Below, one piece after another: positions 30,069 through 44,614 of a stretch of DNA of 64,000 nt. Origin of the DNA: the human T2T-CHM13v2.0 reference genome, Homo sapiens. A program made the position numbers and the translations under genes. Within the stretch, counting starts at the first letter, position 1; every line of letters begins with the position of its first letter. Location of the stretch: assembly GCF_009914755.1 (NCBI RefSeq), contig NC_060932.1; one strand, written 5' to 3'. Below the pieces are notes generated by a model, which saw only the letters and a list, made by a program, of their open reading frames with translations, was not told the origin of the DNA and searched no databases.

Positions 30069-33000
30069 AATTCTGGTTAATTTTCTGAATTAAAAATTTA
30101 GGGAAAAGGACCTAGCAAGATAATGTAATAGTTAATTAGACTTGAGAATTGATTTTTAGTATTTTCATGATATAAATAAATCAAGGGGATCTTCTCTTTA
30201 GAAGTTGGTAGTTATTAACTATGTGGTGGTGCCTAACATGAAAGAACATTTTAAAAAACAAGGACTACAGTTTAATCACCATCTCTGCCTCCTTTCAAAA
30301 TCTGTGGTTACCTGCTTTCGGAACCATAGCTTTCTTCTTTCTTTCTTCATGGGTCTTTCTACATCCTGTTATTGTCATGGCAACGGCGCTATGATTCTTT
30401 TCCATCAGAAGAGGAAAGGACTAAACTGTTTCATTCTCCAACACTGTATTACTTTAGAAACATAATAATAAATATTATTCATCAAAAACCCTGTTCATGA
30501 TGTAGGAGTCTGGCCAAAAAGTTTTTTTTTGAGGCTCCTTCTAGCTCCACAACCCAACTGCCTGTGAATGACTTTACACTCAAGATGTTACACCTAGTAA
30601 ATTAACGGGAGAAAGGTAAGATGAAATCCATTCATATATTGGACTGCCTTTTAATCATTCACAATGAAAGAAATCTCAGGCATTGCCAATGTCATTTAAA
30701 TTGCATTCATATTTAAACATGACTTAACCATATTACCAGGCGTTTCCAACTCTGAGTTTACAGTATGTTTTGATTTGATCATTACAGATTATAAATTTGA
30801 GCTGGTTTTAAAATTTCTGGCATTGACTTAAGTTTATATACATAGCAAATGTTGTATGCTAGCAGCAAAATAAATTTTCCCCAAAGAGTCAAAACTTTTA
30901 CTCAGAACATACATTTAGCTAATAAACTCCTATAATTAACTACCAAATTGGCTGAAATTTAGGGATTAGGGATCTGCTACAGTAAAGGGATTCATCTGGG
31001 GATAAATCAGTTTGCACTTGGCAACATGACTGAGTAACGGGTGGGCTCTTTATGTCTATGCTGAAAGGCCTGGACTGAATAGATGGTTTGAGAACATGGT
31101 GGGTCCCTGGGTCTTCTTACGTCCCTAGTCAGTCTGGAAGACTAAGGTTTGAGCCAGGCCTTTAATGAGCCCCTTCCCTCTTCCTTGCAAGCAATACTGA
31201 GGCTGACTCAGGTTCAAGACTACTCTGGGTTGGCCTTGGAGGTGGGTAATGTTGATTTTAAATATTCCTATTCTACACTGGGTTCTTACAAAGATCAAAT
31301 GAAATAGTGTGTGAACGAGACGTATCTTATTACATACGTGAAAGGGTCAGTGACTATCCCAACACCATCAGGACTCTGATGTAAGATAGAGTTTAAAATA
31401 ACTTAGTCCATCTAAATGAAGGAAGCAACTTCTAATTTTTTTCATGACATAATTTATTCTCATTTTGCTTTCCCCTCAAAGATGCTAGGGTTTTGTATGT
31501 GGAAAAACCTCCTTTTGAGGTTAGTGGACACTCTGAAATAGCCTAAATGCCTACCAGTTCTGAAGCAAGGCTTCTGCTGTATCAGAGGTGAAGCAGTGGT
31601 AATTTTACTTGGTAACGAAGACTCATGAGGCCGGATGGAGAGGGAAGGAGTGTGGGGAGGCTGGCCAAGGGCTTTGGCACAAGGAGGCAATGTGTGCTCG
31701 CTTCAAGCTTCAGAGGCTCCTGGCAGCCTTCTCGGAAGGCACGAGGCTGCTCTTTGCCAGCCCCTCATCACAGTGGCCACGGTAGAAAACACTAAGAAAA
31801 TTAGGATAACAGTGATTCAACACTTTACGGGGCACAGCCTGGGCATGCCAAAAGGAGGCAGAGTGAGAGAGCTGGATAACTCAGCGTATCTATATTCAAG
31901 TCTGCCATGAGAATGATATCTGGGGAGAAATGATCTCTTTCCCCTCTTTTATTTTAGTTGCCCAGATAGTGCCGACATGTGAGTTTGTGGGGCTGATGGA
32001 TGAACCTGACCTGACAACTGTGGAATGTGAAATCCACTTTTCCCAATAGTTGAAACTGGGGGCTGCAGGCTGCACCTGTCTGTGTACAGCTTCTCTTTGG
32101 TCTGCACAGTGTTGGCCAAGAGTTTGAGTTAGTTGTCAACACTTACGTGTCAGGTAATATCATACTTCCACGTCAGAAGATCTAGCAGCCCTGGGCCTGA
32201 TTTCTGCATGGTTCTGATTGTCTAGAGCTGAGTGTGGGCACCCCTTCAAAGAGGGCATGTGTTCTGCAGTTCAACCTGGTCTCCACCATTCTTGTGTTCC
32301 TCTTTGCCTTATCCACATCAATCATTTACAGAACTTGCCTGGTCCTTCTGAGGCACTGACATTTGCAACCTCTCCTATATAGAATTAGGAATCTTTTGGA
32401 AATGAGACTCATTGGGTTCAAAACCGTACAGCAATAAAAACTTCTTGGGGACTTTAATGCTAACAATGGAGACATTCCAAGGAGTGAAAACAGAGATTTG
32501 CAAGACGCCTCATCTCAAAGACTAGGAGCCAAGCCTGTACATGGCTTTCCCTAACTCTGTGCATTTCTAGTCCTCAAGTGTGCAGATTCTAAAGCCTATT
32601 TGAAACCAAGGTCTGAGTGACCTTCTGACCACCTCATAAGAGCTGCCCAACGGGTGTATGGCTGTTCTATCTCAGCTTTGCTTTTGATGTTATCTGCATA
32701 CTTGGCTAATTAGGCTAGCTTTTGGATTACTAAAATCTTAGAAAGAAAAGGTGCTTTCTTGTTTTAACAGTGAGTGGGCTTGAAAAAACTGTACAGCATT
32801 ATGAAATGGTTTTGGCAAAGCTCTGAATTATTTGTACAGTTTTAATAAACTCTTCACAACTCCCCTCTGTTTCCTGGTTCTTGGGAACTCAGTCACTTTC
32901 TGATCACAACCTCATGTGCCTGCTAGTTCTTCACAGTGAAAAATCAAGCACTTGTTCTTTTTGTTTTGTTTTTTTATTTTCCTTTTTTATTTTTTCCCTC

Positions 33001-36000
33001 CACTATATTTTGGAAGCACTTGTTCTTATGTAGAAATTACAGTTATATAGTTAGTGCTGAGGACAAAATTATTTTAAACACTACTGATCACCTAAGAATT
33101 CTATCTTTGGGCCTGTCTACTATGATTTTAGAAATTTCCACCAAATGATACTTGCTAGTTAAATGCAAGTATCTGTGATTCTGGTAGGTCAAGTGGTAAA
33201 CTTGTCTTTGTGACACAGAATTTATCATTTTACACTAAAAAATTTATAAGAATATTTCTCCCATGGCCTATAAGCATACCTGTTAACACTTTTTAGATTT
33301 AAAATATATAAAATGACTCTTCAGGCATCTTTTTCCATACTTTGAAAACACACTAGTAATGGTAAAAGGAGTAGCTGTTGCTATCTTGATTCTCCTATAA
33401 TACCCATTCCATCTGATCTGTATTTCTACCCTTGCTGCAGAGGGTTAATTAAAAAGATATGCATCAAAACATTTGCTTAAAAGAGACATAGCCCTTTGTT
33501 TGGTGAGCAAGAATTACTTATAATATTAATACTTCCTGCCTGGTAAAATACTATATTTTAAAAAATAAGCTACAATGTATAAAACCAAGGTCATTTCTCA
33601 CAAAATGTCTGCGTTCTTTGTGATTACAAAACACTGCATCTTGTAAAATATTTCCAGTTAACTTGAGAAGTAGAGTACTGACGCTTATTACCAAAGTGTC
33701 ATGTCTCTTAGAACTGTAGAAGCCTAATCAGTGTATTTCTTGTTTTATTTGGAAAATTAAGTTATAATTGTTTTTGTATTTAAAGGTTATGTTTTGCCAA
33801 GACATATTACCATTGTGATTCTCAGACCCACAACAAAAGTTATAAAACATGAGATTGTCTTCAAAAAAAGGAACTATTTACAAAACAGGACCAGAAGTAA
33901 AATTCCCATTTTGGTTCCTGGTCCTACGATAGATATACCTTTTAAAGCATGTATATCATTGGATATGGGCTTTTTCAAAGTCAGTCATAATAAGCAAACC
34001 AGTTGGTCTTAAATACATTTTATACTTTCTTGCTCTATTGGTGTGCATTACTCAGTGATACAACTGGTACCTAAAAAAAGTGCTAATCTCATTTTATTTA
34101 CTGACTTCAGGTTTGGCTAGTTACAATGCAAAAAAGATACATGAAACAGTTCCAATATGGAGGAATCCCCACAGGTATGAGGAACAGGAACAGTCCGTGC
34201 CGCTGGTAGGGCTACTTTCTTAGAGAAATGAAATTTCCAGTTGACCCGTGTGCCCAGGGCATTCTCCAAAATGATTCACATTCTCATTCATATTCATGAA
34301 TCCTGCTCTGTTTCCACTCATTTGTATGCACAAATTCTTCCCTGAGTTCACACAGGTCAGTGCTACAGAAGATGTGGTCGATAGCAATTCTACAGGGTCA
34401 TGAGAAAAAGCAGCACCTTGTCCACAAAAGTCCATGGAAGTTTGTTCGCTAACATGCTATTAAAGCAAAATGTACATCGTTCACGGCTTGCTTTCGCCTA
34501 CGGAATTCTGCTGATAGCTAATAAACAGTCATCCATTGGGTAATGATAAAAAGGACCAGCAAGGCTTTGTATTCACAATTACATTCAGAAAAAGCCTTAC
34601 GTGAGTCTAGGAATACCACCCCCACCCCGTCCCCCTCCCCCACCCCCAGGCATTGCACCTGTGGTTCAAATGTTAGCCTTAGGCTACAGGTCAGCTCCAA
34701 ACCGTTTTCCCAGGGCACTCCCCTATGCCTCACAAATGTCAGTACTGCCCAGTTCACATAAATTTGTCTTGAAATGATACCATGTTCATTTGAAAAAAAA
34801 ATTGTTCTGACTATAAAAGACTTTAGTGATAACAAAATTCTTCCTAGTTTCAGGAGTCTCCAGACCTATTTTTGCATGCCCTTTATTTTTCCCTGAGGAA
34901 ATGAATATTATTTACAGTATTTTGCTACTATTCTCAAGGTATTCTCTGTTATATGTACAATTCTGGCCACTTTTCTCTCAACCTTTGCAAGTGAATGCTG
35001 CACTTTGGAGTCTGATGAAGGGGGAACATGGATTCAGCAGTGCCAACTAATTCAGAACCCAGGGCTGCTTTCAAAAGTGTGTCTTAGTGTGACACCAGAA
35101 ACAGCAGACTTAAAACTCGAGTGCTCTTGAGATTTAATGGAGGACATTTCAGTTTCAAAAATCTTTTGCAACATATACACATGTGACTATCTCTTTGAAA
35201 AGTTTTTAGAAAGGTCAAGAATTGTGTCATTCTCTATTGAAAATTTTCATCTGCAATATGGTTATGTTCGGGCAGGAATTGTCTAATAAAAGGGCACCTT
35301 GTTGGTGCCTGGAGCTGCTGACAGGCACTTTGCAGCTAAGCGCACACATTCTTGGTCAGAAACCCACAGCTTTTTTCCTGACACTGGCTTTTGCCAACCA
35401 AGGGAGAAAACTTTTCAGCTAGTGTGGTGGAGAGAAGTCCATATCTGCTAGAGATGGCCCGCTCAGGCTAGGCACAGCAGCCCTGCACTCTTGGCCGGAG
35501 GTACTTCCCTTCAGGTCATTCTCTCCTTGCTTCAGGCAGCTGCTCCCAGAGGAGAAAATGGCAGCTCCCTGGGAGGTACTTAGGGATGGTGACCACCAGC
35601 TGATCAGCACCAAGAAGATGAGCAAGAGCCAGGTGTCCACAGCCCTCTTGTACCTCCCCCCTGACTCCCTTGCTACCTGTGTGTTTTCTCCAGGCTGTCA
35701 CACTGCCTCCCACCCACCAATGCAGCACACATCTGCTGGGAAGGCCCAAGGCTTAACACCACTGCCTGCTGGCCACTCTGCTTTGTCGCTCTCTGGAGAA
35801 TGTCCTGTCAGTCACTATGAAATGACTTCTTTGGAGAGAGATGAAAAACCTTTTCTGAAGGCTGGGGTGTCAAAGGATAAAAAAAAAATCAAAAGGCTAC
35901 ATCATGCCTTACTTAGAAATATTTTGGGACCAGAATCCATTGTTTTGCATGCCTTTTGCGTAGATTGGCCTCTGAGCTCCCTGCGGTGGCCAGGGCTCCA

Positions 36001-38943
36001 GTTCCACTGCCAGCCTGCTGTGGGAGCAGTCTGCCCAGTCCTCCCCCTCCTCCCAGCCAAACGAACACACACAGAGAACTTGGTTCCACAGAGATGGCAT
36101 CAAACGAATGTCTGGTTAATTTGGCACTTCATTTAGTTCCAAAATATAACAAAATAATGCTACGTTTAAAAAAAAAAAACCCTAACTTGCACGATCAGTG
36201 GTGTATATTGGAATTCATAGCTTTCTGGGTGGCCTGTAAGGAGTATAATCCCTTTTCTTCAAGACCAGCCACCTGTGGCTTGGTGGTCTACTAGTTATTC
36301 CACGCCTTGGTCCAGGGAATATGTGTCTGTGTCCAGGAAGGTACTGAGGGTCTGTCTGCACCTGAAGCCAGAAAAGAAAGTACACAGAGCCGTGGGCTAG
36401 CAGGCAGAAAGCAGCCCCAACTTGGGTAGGAGGTACAGAACTGTGTGAAAAATGCTTTAGAAAGGAGAAGAGATCCCAGGGAAGCTACATTCAGCTCTGT
36501 AGTTCTGCTTATACCTGTGCACTGGCTGAACACCAGATAAGGACTGAGCTTGGCTCAGCTAAGCTGGAGCTCAGCACTACTTATGGGGTATATATCTGGG
36601 GGTGGAAGCCACGGGGCTTTGCTCCAGGACTGCTCCATAGCAAAGATCTCTCCCTCCTTGTGTTTCAAAGTTCTGGGATGGGGGATGGATTTTATACTTC
36701 ATGACTTGAATCTTTTTCTATTAGTAACAGTCCAACGATCAAGGGCCAGGGAGCTTTGCTGAAGAGAAAAACCTCTGGTCCAGGACTGTACCCTGTCATT
36801 TAAACACATGGTGAACTTGTTTAAACAGGTGACAAGCTCTGGCCGCCCAAGGCCACTGGGCAATCTGCCCATGGCTCAGGGCTTCCTGGACCAGGCCAGA
36901 GCATCATCTCGCATCAGTGGTGCTGCATGGGGGGTGACAGGACACCAGGAGGAGAAAGGACGTGTTAGAGTAGAGGAAACAAACACATTTCTGCATTTAA
37001 AAAAATGCCATTTCCTGGCTGACCTTGTCAGTCTAAAACATACAGTATTGCTGGTGCTGTGACTAGTACTGATTGGTAATCAAGATGCAAAATTAGATGA
37101 AGCTCTTTTTCTCTTCTCTTAAAATAAATGTTTTTAAAGAAAAAAATAAATGAAGAAAAAAACCAGGATCTCTTCCAAGGAGTAATTTTAAAAAATTTAT
37201 ATGAGAGTTTAAAAAATAAAAGTCCCATAATATGTGAATGCACAGATTGTGGATGTTGCACTGTAGAACCTCCTTATACTTTCTTTTGCTTGTATATAAA
37301 AAGAATATCTGTCATTACTAGATGTCTTCTTTTTACGCTTAAAAAAGTGTATGTATAATCTCTAGACATATATTAAACTTTCCTCTGTGCAATTTCATTT
37401 AACATTCCTATGGCTGATCCCATGTCCCCTGTCCCTATACAGTGCCTCCTATAAGGTGCTCTTCCTACTTTGCATAGGTATAGGAGAAATAACTCTTTAG
37501 CAGGGCAATTGAGAGTCGGGTAGATAGAGAATGAGCTTATTTATAGGGCTTGACGACTCCCCTCTCCCCACACCACTATCCCCCAAACAAACAAGCAAGT
37601 AAGTTACGAAGCCCAATAAATGGAACATAGTGCAAGCCCTGGCCCTACTAAACTGAGAAATTCCTATACCTACATGCATTTTCCTTTTGGCGTTATGTTC
37701 CCTTTTGAGCAAATTCTTAAATGAATAGCTCCAATATTTTTATAAGAAAAACTTAAAGTTTGGACCTTCCATTTACTCACATAATGTTTATATTGTTAAT
37801 TAACTCATCTCCCGGACATGCTAAAGCATAAAACCTATAAAAGTGCACTCAGAATGGAAGTGGTTTGTTGATCTAACATGACTTTCTGAACAGGTAGGGC
37901 CATGTGGGCTGTGCTCTGTTGTCTAAAGCAAACCTGCTGGGACAGTTTGGAGTTCTCTACCTCTTCTGAAATCAGTCAGTGGTGGAGTCTGGAGAGAAGG
38001 AAAATGACCCATTAACCTGGCTACAATCTTGACAGACAAGCAGTAACAAATAGCTCCGAGTTGCCATTTGTGTCACATCCCTGAAAGAAGCATCGAGGCT
38101 TACCCAGATGGCTACAGGTGCCAATTCTTGACTGAGTTGTGGCAGGTAGAGAGTAGAGTTAGCTGTGCTGCCTTTAGGGGAAGAGCTTCTTATGGATCCA
38201 AGGAAGACTCCTAGATGTTTCCCAACAGTGACAGCTGGACTTCCTGAACTCAGCTTCGGGCTGAAGTCTGCTGGTGATTTCCGTGGACAATCCCTTCTCG
38301 AGTTTATGCCATCTGGGGCCCTACAAACTAATAGCTCTACCATGGTTCAGTGTGGGGCCATTCTTAAAAGAAAAACAAACAAAAAGCCATAGAAAAGATG
38401 CCCAGAGTGCTGCGCTGTCTTGCAACACATCCTGACATATACTGCTCCAAGAAGTCAAATGGAAGATACGGAAAAGATTATTCACAACAAAAGTAAGTAT
38501 TGATCTTTGTACAAATGCTACTGAATAACCTGTAGCTTGTTTTTTAAGTGTCAAAAAAATCTTGAAAATGGCATAATTCAGAAAGCTTATCAAAATATGC
38601 CTCCTTTCTAGGTAAAATGGGCTTTGTTGGTTCAATTGCTACAGAAGTCCACAGTTTTAAGTCTAGACATACAGCAAAAAAAGTTGACTTTTCTTTTGAA
38701 GGAAAAAAAACTAGTTATAGCTGCTCCAAGCTGGGTTCTCAGTAAGAGCAACTTTCTTTTGTCATAGGTGGTGACTTAAACAATTTTTCTGTGTTTTTGC
38801 TGTTATTCCTCCAAGGTTCCTGAAAGGGCTTTTCCTGGCTTCAACTGTGTTTTATTCAGTAGGAAAAGCTCTTTCCAACACCTGCAGTGGCAGGCCAGGG
38901 CAGGAGCGGCTCAGGGCCCTGAGCCCCTCTGCCTGGGGGTCTC

Positions 38944-39055
38944 TCAGTCGAGGAACCTCTGGCAGGCCTTCTTCCAGCGGCAGGCGGTACACCACATGTC
39001 TCGGTTCTCCATCCCGTACACCTTCCGACACTTTTTGCCCTCTCCCCTGGGCTTC
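38944..39055 (-). CDS. ZNF704: ZNF704 last coding exon encoding the C-clamp (CR3) zinc-binding DNA-binding domain and stop codon
   Basis: ctgtcttacAG|G then [39 protein letters not shown]; C-x12-C-x2-C-x5-C spacing of the C-clamp shared with TCF E-tail isoforms, ZNF395 and SLC2A4RG. Confidence 0.97.
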
Positions 39056-39084
39056 CTGTAAGACAGACGAGGAAGGTTAGTTTA

Positions 39085-39494
<410 letters not shown>

Positions 39495-39667
39495 CTACCA
39501 TATCCCTTAGGCTTCTATTTGTCTACTTGTGGACATGTCCATTTGGGCATCTTCATAAAACTGAATTAAACAAGTAAACACAAGAAATGCCAGTAGAGAG
39601 CAACATTGCTCTTTCAAGTTTTTAAGTAGGTACTTTCAAATGCTTCCACCATTCTCAATTTCTAGTA

Positions 39668-40245
39668 CAGCAGTCCCTGCTAAGGGTGGGGAATATGTTC
39701 CAAGACCTCCAGTGGATGCCTCAAACTGCAAATAGTACAAACCCTATATATATATTATGCATGACTTTTTCTTTCTTTACAGTTTCATGGATTGAAGATT
39801 CATTCTTACTGTCGATCTTCGCAATCTCAGTATAAAAATTTTTTTCTTTCTTTGTTAAGTTGAAAACTTTCACCTTTTCACTTAAAGGAAGCACTTTATA
39901 GCTTGTCTTTAGCATATCTGAATTCTAGCCTCACCACTCTTGCACTTTGGGTCCATTATTAAGTAAAAGAAGGGTTACTTGAACACAAGTACAGTTCGTT
40001 ACAGTCAATCTAATGGGCGAGTAGTGTAGACAGTGTAGATACACTGAACAAAGGGATAACATACATCGCAGGCAGGACTGAGCTGGATGGCACGAAATTT
40101 CATCACACTACTCAGAATGGTGTGCAATTTAAAACTTATGAATCATTTATTTCTGGAATTCTCCATTTAACATTTTTGGACCACAATTGACTTTGGGTAA
40201 CTGAAACCACAGAAAAGTAAAACTGTGGATAAAAGGGGACTATTG
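39668..40245. mobile_element. MER44/Tigger7-type TcMar DNA transposon relic
   Basis: TA|cagcagtccc...gggactattg|TA termini; minus ORF 39721-39915 (KVLPLSEKVKV...KNESSIHETVKKEK) resembles a Tigger transposase N-terminal HTH. Confidence 0.8.
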
Positions 40246-40612
40246 TATTTTGGTTAAGGAACTTCTGGGGAGATCACTCTTGATCTGCATTAAAAATTGT
40301 ATCTTATAGTTCATTTAATATAGAGATTAATACAACATGGCTCCAAATAGACCCAATAATCACCATTACCTATTCTGTAAAACAAAAACAAAAACAAAAA
40401 ACAAAAACCTTATTGTAAATCATTACCCCCCGAAACAACAAATCTTCATTAATAGGTAATGGATGGTAAAAACCATGGGAAAAAAAGAAAGGGTGTTTTG
40501 TCAATTGTGGAGAAATTTTATAGAAGATCATTTCTCAGGGTTCTCTCTGCTGTTCTGTTTTACAGTTAATTCCCTTGTGGTGAGGTGTGTGGAGTTTTTT
40601 AAGCTGTCGTAC

Positions 40613-40707
40613 CTTAAGCTGACTGTGCCTCTGGGTGGGGAGGACAGGACCGTGTGCGCATGCTGTCTCTGCTCTCCTGTGCCCACCGGATGATGTGTGG
40701 GTGACAC
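40613..40707 (-). CDS. ZNF704: ZNF704 penultimate coding exon (95 nt)
   Basis: ttttccatgtattcaccAG|GTG...TTAAG|GTACG; translates [31 protein letters not shown] plus AG, completed to Arg by the first G of the next exon. Confidence 0.93.
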
Positions 40708-40815
40708 CTGGTGAATACATGGAAAAGAAAGTTGATGGGGCAGGTTCTCCACCCATGCAGTTAGTTAACCTTTGCTGTGTGGACACTGATCCTTGACCAT
40801 TAGAAGCAGAGATGA

Positions 40816-41122
40816 GGCCAGGCACGGTGATTCATACCTGTAATCTCAGAACTTTGGGAGGCCAAGGAGGGCGGATCACTTGTGGTCAGGAGTTCAATCA
40901 GCCTGGCCAACATGGTGAAACCCCGTCTGTACCAAAAAGTACAAAAATTAGCCAAGTTGGGGTTGTGTGCCTGTAATCCCAGCTACTTGGGAGGCTGAGG
41001 CAGGAGAACTGCTTGAACCCCGGGGCGGAGGTTGCAGTGAGCTGAGATTGTGCCACTGCACTCCAGCCTGGGTGACAGAGTGAGATCCTGTCTCAAAAAA
41101 AAAAAAAAAAAAAAAAAAAAAA
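40816..41122 (+). mobile_element. AluS
   Basis: Dimeric Alu with long A-tail; TSD AGAAGCAGAGATGA at 40802-40815 and just after the tail. Confidence 0.92.
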
Positions 41123-42029
41123 GAAGCAGAGATGAAATGAAATACTTTCCTCACAGAGACCACACATTAAATGGAGGAGGGCTGCTCATGGCAGAATTAA
41201 AATGCATTCCCAAACAGAGAAGACCCACCAACAGCCAATATCTCAAACATTTTTTTACTTCATATCTATGCATTTCAAGTGGCTCATAATACCATATTTT
41301 CACTTGAATAATATTTTAAATCTTAAAGTACATTCCTGTCTATTTCTTTTGATCCTCATGAACCCTGTCAAGTAGGGCAAGGCTCATGATTCCCTTTTTA
41401 GAGGATGAAACATACCTAGAGAGGTTAAGAGATTTATTTAACATTACGTAGCTAGTAAGCGACAATGACACAGTGCAGGTCTAGGTCTTCTGTTGGCTCT
41501 AGTGGATCAATCACTGCCACTAAATACATGGATTCTTGTAAAAAACACCCCATCAGCAGACTCTCACGTCCCAACAGGAAGGAATAAAGGCAAGAGGCAG
41601 AGAGTCTGAGCAAATCAAGAACGTATGCCACCCACCGAACACTTACTGAGCGCTCACTATGTGCAGGTACACTCACAGCAGCTTTAGTCTTCACAACGAC
41701 CCCACGCAGTATTACTATTGTTCCCATTTTACAGATTAGGAGACTAAGGCAGATGGAGGTTAAGTAACTTGCCAAAGGTCATGGCATGTGTGATGGTAGA
41801 CCCAGGGCTGTGCTGCAGCTCTCCCTGGCACCAGGACCTGTGTTTAACCCTGTTGCTTTTCTGTCCCTCAGTCATAGAGGAGGGCCCCTACTGTCCTCAG
41901 CCCCTCCTGGATTACTCACTTCAGCCCTTTGCATTACCTGTCTCCTAACACTAAGTAATCTTCCCAGCTTCTGGAATTCTTAAAAGCTGCAACAAATTAA
42001 TTTTTTTAACAAAGGAAAAAGAATGTTTC

Positions 42030-42795
<766 letters not shown>

Positions 42796-43008
42796 GGAAA
42801 AAGAATGTTTCAACTAATTAATCAGTATTGCCATATGTAGGAGGATAGACATTTAATAAATTTAAAAACCTAGGAGCCAACGTGGTCACAGGAATAGCAT
42901 TGTCACTTAAAAGTCATGGGAACATTCCCCAAACATCCTTAGAGAATTGCTTTTCTCTAGTACAGGTATTAGTACTTTCTCTTCTCTTTCAACGTAAAGG
43001 AATGCACA

Positions 43009-43392
43009 TGACACAGTTCGGATGTGTGTCTCTGCCTGAATTTCATGTTGAAAAGTAATCCCCAATGCTGGAGGTGGGGCCTGGTGGGAGGTGTGTGGAT
43101 TATGGGGATGGATCCCTCATGAATAGCTTGGACCATTCCCTTGGTGATATGTGACCTCTCACTCTTGAGTTTACATAAGACTGTGGTTGTTTTATGCCCA
43201 TTCCTGCTTTCATACATGACGTGCCTGCTCCTGCTTCACCTTCCACCATGAGTAAAAGCTCCCTGAGGCCTCCCCAGAAGCAGATGCCACTGTGCTTCCT
43301 GTACAGCCTGTAGAGCCAATTAAACCTCTTTTCTTTATAACTTACCCTATCTCAGGTATTTCTTTATAGCAATGCAAGTATGGCCTAATAGA
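43009..43392 (+). mobile_element. MST-type MaLR solo LTR
   Basis: aatttcatgttgaaa..taatccccaatgctggaggtggggcctggtgggagg...gccaattaaacctcttttctttataa...tatttctttatagcaatgcaa. Confidence 0.85.
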
Positions 43393-43428
43393 GATCATCA
43401 GTGTTATTTTCCCAGACATTAATTTTAA

Positions 43429-43755
43429 TGCTATGGCTTGAATGTTTGTCCCCTCCAAAACTTATGTTGAAACTTACTTGCCATTGTAATAGTATTAAGA
43501 GGTGGGGCCCTTAAGAGGTGATTAGGCTATGAGGGCTCCACTCCCATGGGTGGGATTAGTGTTCTGCAAGGGCCAGTTTGGCCCCCCTCACCCTCTCACC
43601 TTCTGCCATGTGATGATGCAGCATAAAGGCCCTAACAGAGGCTGGCATGTTGATGTTGGACTTCCCCGCCTCCAGGTTGTTAGTCAGTAAATTTCTGTTC
43701 ATTATAGATTACCCAGTCTAAGGTATTCTGTTATAGCAGCACAAAACTTAGACAT
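43429..43755 (+). mobile_element. MaLR solo LTR (MST/MLT1A class)
   Basis: tgctatggcttgaatgtttgtcccctccaaaac...tattctgttatagcagcacaaaa. Confidence 0.8.
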
Positions 43756-43775
43756 TTAAAAAATTATACAGGTAG

Positions 43776-44070
43776 GGCCAGGAGTGGTAGCTTATGCCTG
43801 TAATCCTAGCACTTTGGGAGGCCAAGGTGAATGGATCACTTGAGTCCAGGAGTTTGAGCCCAGTCTGGGCAACATGGTGAAACCCCATCTCTACTAAAAA
43901 TACACAAATTAGCCAGATTGGTGATGTGCACCTAAAGTCCCAGCTACTCAGCTGAGGTGGGAGGATCACCTGAGTGTGGAGAGTTCAAGGGAGCAGTGAG
44001 TCGAGATTGTGCCGTTGCACTCTAGCCTGGGCAACAGAGTGAGACACATCTCAAAAAAAAAAAAAAAAAT
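43776..44070 (+). mobile_element. Alu (AluJ/AluS)
   Basis: Dimeric Alu; AAAAAATTATACAGGTA on both sides. Confidence 0.9.
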
Positions 44071-44614
44071 TATACAGGTAAGTAAAAATCTAACATTTGG
44101 AACCATTGTTGCCATGAGTTTGAACTATTCTATACCACTGGTCTTCATGCTAAAGTTGGGTGGAGCAAGGGCCAGCAGAGGTAACATTCAGAGTTTTTAA
44201 AAATAAAAGCTTTGGAGTTCAGTGCATTCATTTCATGTGTATAGATACGCAGCTTCCTCCAAGAGCAGAATCCTCCTCACCCCATCTCATAATGGCTTTG
44301 GTTTTGTACAGGATGAATAACAGCAAACTAGAGGGAGTGAATACCTGAGACATCTACAGTCACTGTAGATGATCTCTGATATGCTTATATGAATTGTTTT
44401 AAATTATCAGGAAAATAAACATAAAAATTAACAATTCTTGTAGAACTTATAGAATCCCAAGAACACTGTACTTCATTTAGTCAGAGAACTGGAAAAGTTT
44501 GGTTGACATGACAGTAACACTACTCCCATCAGCCACGGATAATGTGGAAGTTTCTAGATCATGCAAAGTTGCCATAGCCCTTTTGCATGAAGTGATATGA
44601 GATTATTGGATACT

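Larger units (their letters stand above)
26030..38943 (-). other. ZNF704: ZNF704 long 3' UTR (about 12.9 kb)
   Basis: Continuous, largely repeat-free, AT-rich sequence from the stop codon to AATAAA at 26056-26051. ZNF704 is known to have a very long 3' UTR; the exact cleavage site is estimated. Confidence 0.75.

Noticed and set aside
35558-36136. 192-aa plus-strand ORF antisense to the ZNF704 3' UTR
   Set aside because: No recognisable domain, composition unlike a real protein, runs through a homopolymer A tract, and has no supporting exon structure; probably a chance ORF in a GC-richer patch.
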